A stretch of DNA of 64,000 bases, from positions 1 through 64,000 of the IMG/VR virus record IMGVR_UViG_3300035698_011202; one strand, written 5' to 3'. Origin of the DNA: a virus. Position numbers and translations under genes: made by a program. Under the pieces are notes generated by a model. That model saw only the letters and a list, made by a program, of their open reading frames with translations. It did no database searches and was not told the origin of the DNA. This document shows positions 1 to 9,000 of this stretch, piece by piece (the first letter of the stretch is position 1; every line of letters begins with the position of its first letter).

Positions 1-78
1 AATGGGGACTACAGCCTACGAGAAGCGAACGCTGCCATACACAAGCCAGTTTTAAGTAATCATCTTGTTCTGGGAATT

Positions 79-126
79 TGGTACAACCGAGTGGACTCGA
101 ACCACCGACCCCTACCATGTCAAGGT
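79..126 (-). mobile_element. att core: 3' half of tRNA-Val(GAC), prophage left boundary (attR-like)
   Basis: Minus strand ACCTTGACATGGTAGGGGTCGGTGGTTCGAGTCCACTCGGTTGTACCA has an anticodon arm (GAC), T-arm and CCA but no intact 5' half; it directly flanks the lysis genes. Confidence 0.85.
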
Positions 127-169
127 AACAGACTAGTGCTCTAAGTAGTTGATTAATATAAAGAAAAAT

Positions 170-206
170 AGTGTGGAATAATTCCATTCCACACTCACGC
201 CACACT
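170..206. repeat. Inverted repeat AGTGTGGAAT/ATTCCACACT plus an extra CCACACT; possible integrase arm sites or terminator
   Basis: Seen in sequence next to the att core. Confidence 0.35.
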
Positions 207-236
207 AAGAAATCGGTCAGTACGTTTTTTGTACAA

Positions 237-785
237 TTACCTCGGAGGTTTTTCTAAGCCTTGATTATGTCGTTGCTCGTCTTTACTTTGAGAGCTTCTT
301 GAACTACCAAACCAAAAGTTTAGTATCTGCGGAATGGCTGCAGTCATCACGCCTAACAGTATAGCAAGGTCGGTAGGGATTTTAATCTGTGAATGCTGCA
401 CGACAATATAAAGCAGCGTTGCAATCAAGCCAAAGTATCCCACAATAAAAATAGAACTTAAAGTCAGTTGTGGAACGATAGAAGTACGCGTTGCCATCTC
501 ACGGGCCGAGTCTCTATCTTTTTGGTGAAGCTGCTCTTTCTTCAAACCAATCTCAGCCATCTTAGCTTCGAAGGCAAGGTCAGCATTTTTAAGTGCTAGT
601 AATAACTCAGGTGAAGCTTGAGCAAACAGCTTCTCAAGTTCAGCTTCAGGATTTTTAACCGCCACTTCATCACTACCCAGAAATTCGTCAGCTAAAAACT
701 TGACCGCCGTTCCAGCGAAAGGCGTACCAAATGTTCCCGCTAAAATAGGCGCAACTTTTCTAACAATATCTTTCCAATCACTCAT
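237..785 (-). CDS. Holin-like membrane protein (3TM holin type)
   Basis: Two C-terminal hydrophobic helices, DRDSAR and FWFGSS motifs, located in the lysis cluster. Confidence 0.65.
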   Translation of the reverse strand: MSDWKDIVRKVAPILAGTFGTPFAGTAVKFLADEFLGSDEVAVKNPEAELEKLFAQASPELLLALKNADLAFEAKMAEIGLKKEQLHQKDRDSAREMATRTSIVPQLTLSSIFIVGYFGLIATLLYIVVQHSQIKIPTDLAILLGVMTAAIPQILNFWFGSSRSSQSKDEQRHNQGLEKPPR

Positions 786-1002
786 CAGGTTTTAGTCTCC
801 CGTTTTTAAGAATAGGTAAGTTAGGGCCATGTACTCGCTGTAACGCTTTACGTATTTTACGCAAAGCTGTGGTGCGGTTTACATCAAACATCTCAGCTAC
901 GGCTGTGTAACTTTCCGTTTGAATGTACTGGTTAAGATACAAGCGTTCTTCCATATCTGCTTTTGCAAACACAGCAGGGGTCATTAGTTTGGTTATACTC
1001 AT
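778..1002 (-). CDS. Small HTH DNA-binding protein
   Basis: SYTAVAEMFDVNRTTALRKIRKAL helix-turn-helix; starts at the TTGACGATG motif; overlaps the holin start. Confidence 0.6.
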   Translation of the reverse strand: MSITKLMTPAVFAKADMEERLYLNQYIQTESYTAVAEMFDVNRTTALRKIRKALQRVHGPNLPILKNGRLKPDE

Positions 1003-1014
1003 CGTCAATATTTC

Positions 1015-1560
1015 CTAAGCTATTCTGTTCTTTAGCCAACCAAACAAAAACGTTTCGTTAGTTTCAGTTTTTTCACTGATGCGAATGTAGTATTCGCCCT
1101 GCAAACAATTTAAAGCTTTTAGCAGTACCGCCTCACCGTGGAGTGTACGTTGACGTAGAAAACTACGTAATGCTTCCTGAGTTTTCTCACCCATGATGCC
1201 ATCCGGTGTTATGTCAAGATAACTGCGCTGCTTTTTATTCAGCGAGTTTAAGGCGCGTTGTAACCAACGTATAGCCGTGACTTCACCGCAATTTATACCG
1301 CTATCAAATACTTCTTCTGCAATGCGTGAGGACTCTTTTTCGATTAGGTCCAGTTGTGGTTGATACCAATACTGCTCAGCGTAGATTTGCACTGCTTCGT
1401 AGCGGGGCATACGTTCCATATCCCCGTAGTACCCAAACTCTCTAGCGACCGCTATGGTAATACCAAAATTGGTTTCACCGCCTGCGTCATCAGGGTTGTT
1501 GACATAACCGCCTTCTTTTTGAATAACGGAATCAATAAACTTTTCTAGTACAGCCCGCAT
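1015..1560 (-). CDS. Endolysin, glycoside hydrolase family 108 with peptidoglycan-binding domain
   Basis: EGGYVNNPDDAGGETNFGIT catalytic motif, DGIMGEKT, terminal GWLKNR. Confidence 0.92.
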   Translation of the reverse strand: MRAVLEKFIDSVIQKEGGYVNNPDDAGGETNFGITIAVAREFGYYGDMERMPRYEAVQIYAEQYWYQPQLDLIEKESSRIAEEVFDSGINCGEVTAIRWLQRALNSLNKKQRSYLDITPDGIMGEKTQEALRSFLRQRTLHGEAVLLKALNCLQGEYYIRISEKTETNETFLFGWLKNRIA

Positions 1561-1949
1561 TATCTCTCACTCACTTGACTAACTTTACGGATAGCTTCAA
1601 CCATTTCGGGTAAAAGTTTTGACAGACCTGATATGCCTGATTCGGTACTATTAGATATTTTTTCTAAATGGGTTAGCCGTTTATTAATAGACTCTAAAAT
1701 TAATTCGTTACGCTGCTCGGTACGTAACATAAACGAAGTAAAGTGAGACTCAATCTCAGGCTTGTCGTAATAATTTTTAGCAATGTTTTGTTTAAAATCC
1801 ATATGCTCTTTCACTATCAAGGTAATAGCTGATGTATTCTTATCAATATTTCCAGTCACGCTTCGGAGAATAAATATACCAATCGTTGTCAACACACCTG
1901 AAAGTGCGACAAGAACTGTCAGTATCGATGTAAAGGCTTGGGTATCCAT
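1560..1949 (-). CDS. Single-TM membrane protein, possible holin/antiholin
   Basis: N-terminal TM helix plus coiled coil, coupled to the endolysin. Confidence 0.5.
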   Translation of the reverse strand: MDTQAFTSILTVLVALSGVLTTIGIFILRSVTGNIDKNTSAITLIVKEHMDFKQNIAKNYYDKPEIESHFTSFMLRTEQRNELILESINKRLTHLEKISNSTESGISGLSKLLPEMVEAIRKVSQVSER

Positions 1950-1950
1950 T

Positions 1951-2259
1951 TTACTGCTCCAATAATAAAACTAGCTCTAGCTGGGCGCTGATATAAGCAC
2001 CTAACGCGACAATAGTTTTTAGGTTTTCTAATTCACAGCCGAGCACATTCAACGGGTGAGGTTGGTGCTGGGGCAGTTTTAGTGCTAAGGGTCTAATATA
2101 AAATTGGTTCGAGTGAAGGACGTTGTTGTGATACCTACGCGTTAATTTCTCACAGTCAGGGGTGAGGCGAGGGGATTTAGTAATGGACGTTATGGGGAGT
2201 GCTAACACAACACAATTGCCATCGATAACCAGACAATTGTGTTGTATTTTAACAGGCAT
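1951..2259 (-). CDS. Hypothetical protein
   Basis: ORF fills the gap upstream of the lysis genes; no recognisable motif. Confidence 0.35.
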   Translation of the reverse strand: MPVKIQHNCLVIDGNCVVLALPITSITKSPRLTPDCEKLTRRYHNNVLHSNQFYIRPLALKLPQHQPHPLNVLGCELENLKTIVALGAYISAQLELVLLLEQ

Positions 2260-2316
2260 CGTTTAACAGGCATAGCCATCTCCATCACTCATCGTCAACC
2301 ACAGGAATTTTAAAAG

Positions 2317-2344
2317 ACAATAGCCCAGTTATGGGCTATTGGTC
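2317..2344 (-). terminator. Hairpin, probable terminator after the tail module
   Basis: GACAATAGCCCA-GTTA-TGGGCTATTGGTC inverted repeat followed by T-run on the minus strand. Confidence 0.55.
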
Positions 2345-2361
2345 AATATAGCGAGGCTGTT

Positions 2362-2721
2362 TTAGCTTTGCATAGGGGGGAGTATGACTTCTACTAAATG
2401 CGCTTCACACGCAGTTTCAAGCTCTGCAGCATTTTTTGGTACGCTGTTTAACTGGAAACGAAATTGTTTATTATCCATTTCGTCGCCTTGGTTATTCAAA
2501 TTATAAGGAGGGTGACCGTCATCCATCGCTTTCTGAGTAGGCCAATAGACTATTTGCATGTGGGCCTGAGTATTCATGTCCGACCGTTCAACAGGCTCGT
2601 TTAGATTATTGTTATGATAGACACTCAACGAGCTGTTGCAGTTCATGTTGAAGTTAATAACTTTTATCCTAGCATCTGTCCAAGTTTGGCCTTGTGGGTC
2701 TGTAAATGTTGCAGTAATCAT
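2362..2721 (-). CDS. Tail-fibre-associated hypothetical protein
   Basis: Position downstream of tail fibre, good RBS. Confidence 0.55.
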   Translation of the reverse strand: MITATFTDPQGQTWTDARIKVINFNMNCNSSLSVYHNNNLNEPVERSDMNTQAHMQIVYWPTQKAMDDGHPPYNLNNQGDEMDNKQFRFQLNSVPKNAAELETACEAHLVEVILPPMQS

Positions 2722-2739
2722 TTTTTATTCCTGTGTGTT

Positions 2740-3093
2740 TTAAGTTATAGGGTATTGCGCTTTAATAGCTAATACTTCATCTCGCCAAGCCTTTTCAGCC
2801 AGCTCTGTTTTATCGAATTGAAACTCAATAAACATAGGGTCTGACCTCAAGGTGTATGCACTCTTTCTTTTGATTAGGTTTACTTTAGAGGCCGCAGACA
2901 TGCACACCTCAAAGCATTCTTTATCTATATTATAAACTTTACCAACATAATTAAATGTTGGGTCAAACACTATCTCTATCCAATTTTCCAAGTTTTGAGG
3001 AATAGGAAATACTTGGACATTAGTTAAGTTAGTTTTCTCAACAAACGCCCGTGTATAAGTCAGCTCTTCTTTAAATTTACTTCTAAACATCAC
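2740..3093 (-). CDS. Tail fibre assembly/chaperone-like protein
   Basis: C-terminal R..AY...SDPMF.E.......W...V.AIKAQYP pattern; coupled to the fibre gene. Confidence 0.65.
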   Translation of the reverse strand: MMFRSKFKEELTYTRAFVEKTNLTNVQVFPIPQNLENWIEIVFDPTFNYVGKVYNIDKECFEVCMSAASKVNLIKRKSAYTLRSDPMFIEFQFDKTELAEKAWRDEVLAIKAQYPIT

Positions 3094-6000
3094 CCATTAT
3101 CCTTCTCTACAATGTTAACGCCACTTACCTTAAAGATGGTTGCGTCCTCTCCCGTATTAGTCAACGAAGTCCAACTAGTGTTAGGGCGTACTTTCCAAAT
3201 ATTCGCCCCCTCGCCACCCCAAAGTACAAACTGATTAAGGTCTGACAACGTGTAACTTTCCACTAGGTCAGCTACAGGTAATAACATAGCTTTTATAGTG
3301 TCATTGTTATTTGAAGAACCCAAAACAGACACAAACTGAAAGGCTCTCATATCAGAGGCTAGCGTTATGGTGCCTGAACCCAGACCTGAAGCATTGTAGT
3401 ACAATAAAGTGTAATCTAACTCCATCTCAATGCGCTTAAATGCAGGAGATTGAGCTTGCCAGAATGTACGAGTAATAGTAGTAGGTGTTCCACTAACGCG
3501 GGTCACTTGCAATACATACACTTCCGTAGCATCAGTAACATTAATGTCTTGGTATAAATCATTAATACTTAAATTAGCATTACGGTCGTAGTATCTTCCG
3601 TTTTCATTAGTGTTACTAGACGTGCCTGTGTAAGTCTTATCTACAATAGGTGTTGTTGAGGTTGTATTTCTATAAACACGCACTCTCCAAACAGGACTTG
3701 TGTAATCGGCCCCACCTGAAGATTCACCTGAAAACTGAGATGAAGCTACTAACCTCCATGACAGGTTGACTTTATTTCCTAAAACAGTCACTGCTGGTAA
3801 GGTGGTGGTGATACTTGTACCCGATTGAGAGGTAGTAACACTCTTGGTTGAGTTAGCATTAGTACCTACGTAATAAGGGTTTATCTCAGTACGCGCTTGG
3901 TCTTGTATCGAATCAATGTCTACCGTGTCTTTAGATAACTTTCCATCCAAGAAAGCGTTACCTTCAGCGTCAATAGAGAATATCTGCCTTTTAACACTCA
4001 AGTTATCATTTAGTAATGCGAAGGATATAGGCACTTGGGCATCAGGCGTAATTCTTAAAGACCTTCTATCTCCTGCTGCACCTACAACACCATTCACTTG
4101 TAAGTGTTTAGTCTGTATGGCACCTGAAGAAATCCAGTTAGCAGTAATAGTGTCCTCTAGTCCTACGGGGGGTTCATCGGGTAAGAAGTCATTGAAAGTA
4201 AGAACTTTAGATTTAGCGATGTTTGACCCGTGAGACTTAGCATACATATAACCATTAGCATCTACTTCCCAGTTGTTACCTATTAAGCGGTTACCTCTGA
4301 AATTTTGATTGTTACCGCTAGTGTTACCGTGGAATGTTTGGGCAGCATAATTATAGAAAATTGGTACGGATGTCTGAAAGTACATACTACCAGAAGCAAA
4401 AGCTGTACGTCCGTTAGTGTCTGAATAGAACCTACCATCATTACCATCACCCACTCTAAGGTCACCATTTACTATCACATCATGTGAGAATGTAAATTTA
4501 TCACCCGCCGCTTCATACCTAAGCCTAGTTCCATTATTAATATAAAACCCTGCTTGGTTATCAGATTGCCTTACAAACATTCTGAAAGTAGTGGTGCCCG
4601 ACTCTATGTTTATTGCAGTTTCATCCGATGTTTTACGCACAGTTAAGTCATTACTAAAAGTCTTACTTCCTGTAAAAGTTTGAGTACCTGATAACTTAGC
4701 TAAGTCGCTGTCGTTACCACTTGTCCAAACTTTGTACCTAGCATATCTATTTGAGTCTACGTTTGAGTAATATTCTAAGTCCCCATAATACGTAAAGACA
4801 AAACCACATGTAGCTGCTGAACCCACAGGAGAATAAAAATTAACTACTGTTTTTGAGGCACCAGTAACAGGTAAATTATAAGTACCTGATGCTAATTTAT
4901 TAGCCCAGTTATTATCTTGATTTAGTACACCCCTAGAACTTTTAAAATACTCAGGGCCACTGTGTTCATGATTTATACCTGCATAAGACGCATCTGTAAC
5001 ACTAGCTCTAAACTGAGCAGGGGTTGTGGGCCTTATATAATTATCAGTACTTTGATTAACCTGAGTCATGATGAACTTCACATTACCGTTCGTAGTGCCG
5101 TACTCACTCCTAAATAAGCGAGCTTGAATGTCACCAGAACTGTTACGTTCAACAACGGTATTCACAGTACTTGCAGAGGTTGAACTTTTATTGTTCAAGT
5201 TAGAGGCATTGCTAGATGTACCGTCCAAGCTACCTATAAAGTTAGCATGTAGTGGGCGCAGCGTTGTATGGTTAACACCATCAGCAAAGTAGAAATGACC
5301 ATCACTATGTAACGCCAATCGTCCTTGTTGTCTACCACCCCAATGAAACGCCAAAGCAGGAGCATAAGCATTAGAAGACTGACTAGTACCTACATAGTTA
5401 GTCTCTCTGAGTTCAATAGCTGCGTTCTGATAACCTCCATTGACGTCTGTAGACAGAAACTTATTATTTCCTTTAAACACGTTATTTGCTACAGCGTAAG
5501 CGCCGTTAGTGACGGTCTTGGCGTTACCATCAAGTTCACCTTCAAACGTATTACCTTTAAAGTTAGGAGCCTGAAACAGTCCACTAGCATGAAATATTGC
5601 CTGAGTAGTTCCGTTATAACCATTTTGCTGACCTGAAAGTATCCGGATGCTATTATCAGAGGCTAATATTAAGTCTTCAGTAGTGTGGTCATTTTCATAG
5701 TAACCTAAGCCTATAAGAACTTTCTCTGGTGCATCTCCTGCAAACACCATACAAGTTGAATCACTGTGAAAGGCTAATGCGTTCTGCAAGCTGTGTGTAA
5801 AAATACCACCACTTGAAGACTTAATTAAATATCTACGCACATTTCCAGAGTTGTTAAAGTTCAACTCACCTGTGAGTGTTCCTCCCGCTAACGGTATATA
5901 AGCAGCAAGCTGAGATTGCATAGCTACGTTACTTCCGTCCCATACTAATTTACCACTAGCGTTACCTAATGCTAAACCTGCTGCCGTAGGTGTATTTCCT

Positions 6001-9000
6001 CCCTCATGTATAAATATAGCACCACTACGTATAAAGCCATTGACTTGCAGACCTGCTCCACTGCCTGATGTTATCTCACCGTTTATGTGCAATTTACTAG
6101 ATATGGAAGCAATGCCCGTCATCACAGGGTTAGTAGATTTAACAAAATCAGAGGCGTGTAATCCGTCTAACTTATCAGCATCCAAGCCCGAACCTGTACC
6201 GTGGTTCATAGAGTTCCAAGAGTTTACCAACGTACAAGAAACTTTTTTAGTGCCTGTAGGCTCCACTTCATCAACAATACGCTCAACTGTGTTTACGTTT
6301 GTCGCTCCTCCCGCGTCCCTTACATGAACGTTAAAAGAGTTCCAGTAGGACTGTCTAGGCCACCAAAAACACAAGACACCTTGATGCTCTAATAATTTTA
6401 TAACCCCGTTAAAGTTACCCCCGCTGTTTATTCCCGAAACGCTTAATATAGTATCGTTATACAAGTATCCTTGAACCGTTATGATAAATGGAGGATTGCT
6501 TGAAGAATAACTCTTGCCAGATACTTCCATGACAAAAGAAGCACCGTTTTTTGCAGTTGCAGCAATACGAGTCTTTACTAGCGTTCCATTAACAAAGTTG
6601 CTTCCTGACTGTATACGGTCTAATTGCTGTACAGTAAGGCCATTAAGAAGGCCCGCATTAGTAGCATTAGTAGCATTAGTAGCATTAGTAGCATTAGTAG
6701 CATTAGTAGCGTTAGTAGCTGTGGCTGCGTTGCCTGTAATGCTTTGAGGTATATTGCCCTCGTGTATTAACTTCTTCCAAGACGCAAAACTAGCGTTAGA
6801 ATACCTACGCATGTAAAGGTCATCGTTATCACCAAAAGCAAGTTGTTTTCCATAAGGCCCGCTATGGCTATTCATCCATACAACACCGTTAGCATTATTA
6901 CCGCTAAAAGGTTTGTTGCTAGCATCCCCGCTATATCGTTGATACGTTAGAGTGTCAGCAGAAGTATTTGGAATCGTATTTAAGTTGCCAGTGCCTCCTC
7001 CTGATAATGTCTTAGCACTATTTGCGTTACCACTTAGATTACCTTCAAAATTTGTTGCTTTAACTGTACCTGTACTGCCTTCATAAGTGAAGGAAGTGTG
7101 ACTATGTATTGTACCGCTCACGTTAACTGTGACAGGGTATTTACCACTAAATGTTGTAGGAATAGACGTAAGTTTTGTCGCGGTTGATGAGTTACCTTCT
7201 AAAGCTCCCTTGAACGTTGTCGCCGTAACTTTCTTAGTCGAAGGGTTGTAATTAAAATGTGACCCAGAATCATATAATTGAGAGCTACCATTATGCCAAA
7301 CAATCGAATAATCAGTATTATTACTGGTATTCTCTGACACTAAAGACTTACTTGCACGTCCATCTAAGGCTCCTTTAAATGTTGTTGCAGATATTTCACC
7401 CGCTCCGGGCTTTACCTCTATAGTAGTAACAGACCTGAGATCAGAACTATTAGCAGCATGGAATACGAGATTAAAAGAATCAAAGGCAGAACTGTTTTGT
7501 ATTATACTAGCAGGTATTGAAATATCTGCAGTGCCGTCAAAACTTACACCGTTTATCTTTCTTGACGAGTATAGCTTAGTAGCACTAACCGCTTGACCTG
7601 AGTATTCCGAAGTGCGGGCAGTGTCTGCGTTTCCTGACAGTCTACCCTTGAATATGGAAGCTTCTACAATCCCTGTACTACCTTCATAAGTAAACGCGCT
7701 ATGGCTGTTTATTATACCATCAACACTCGCAGCTACAGGATGCTTCCCACTAAAGTTTTGTGCTATATAAGCTAACTTAGTAGCTGTATCGGCGTTACCT
7801 ACTAGCCCACCTGCAGCATATAGTTTACCGTCAGTCCTGAAGTCATAGTTACCGCCTGTAGCATTTTGACTAGTACCAACTGTGGTAGTGTGAATAGCCG
7901 TTGCGCCTGTGTATGAGTGACTGTCTTGAAAAGAGACAACTTCAGTATTAGCTGTAAATACGTCACACGCCATGTTAGTGCTACCTGAGCCGCCTAGACG
8001 CATAACTTCTATGGCGAATTTGTCATTACCGTTACTCGTAATCCTTATAGAGAGTTGCGCATAAGGCCCAGAGTGGCTTTTCACTAATATATCATTAGAG
8101 TGACTACACATAACATTTACTTCTGCGTTTACTACAACACCACTACTAGTCCCCGTAAAAGAGAAAGTAGCGTTAGAAGCAAGACGAGAGCCTGTAACTA
8201 CAGCTATTACTGTATAAGCATCTTTTGTAATATTAAAAGTTGTACTGTAACGTTTCTTAAAGTCTACATGAGAGAAACTATTCAATTTTGCAGAGTCACT
8301 AGAATAACTAGAAGTAAACGCGTTACCAGTAGTATCTTGATTAAGGCGTGGTAAGTTACTAGCAAAAGAGTTAAGAGTTTGCCATCTCAAGTAGCTATCT
8401 GAACCTGTTGAAATTGCAATCCTATCAGCAGTAACAGCAGTCTCGTTAGCAGACATGTTAAAATAATTGCTAAATATGTAACCATTTTGATGTCTAACTA
8501 CTAATTCGTTACCTGTAAAATCACCAGACCCATCGTTGGCATGAAAGCCATCTACAGTGTCTGCGTCTAAGCCAGAGTTAGGCCCGTGATTTACATCATC
8601 CCATTGCTTACGCCAATTAGACCATGTCGAGTTATATGCTCTTGTGTAAGATTCCCCGTTTACATAGTGTATCGCATGTTGAGCTACTACATTATTATTG
8701 TTACCAAAAGTATTTATTGCGTAGTGTTCTGTAGTAGGATTATTAACATGTGGATCAAATCGATAACCCGATGTTTTACGAGTAGCATTAGGATTTGTAA
8801 AAGCTCCATTTCCTGCCCAAGCAAAGTCATCAACATCTCTAGTACCTAGCAAACTAGCAGTACTCGCGCTACTTGCTGTTCCTGTCAAGTCGCCTACAAA
8901 TACAGCGTGTAAAGAGCACAACGTTGTATGGTCCAGACCATCAGCGAAATAAAAGTCACCATCGCTGTGTAATGCTAAACGTCCTTGTTGCCTACTACCC

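Noticed and set aside
1-10. AATGGGGACT shared with 39365-39374 and the palindrome half-site
   Set aside because: Too short and lacks the second arm; could be chance
79-126. Functional tRNA-Val gene
   Set aside because: 5' acceptor strand and intact D-arm are missing
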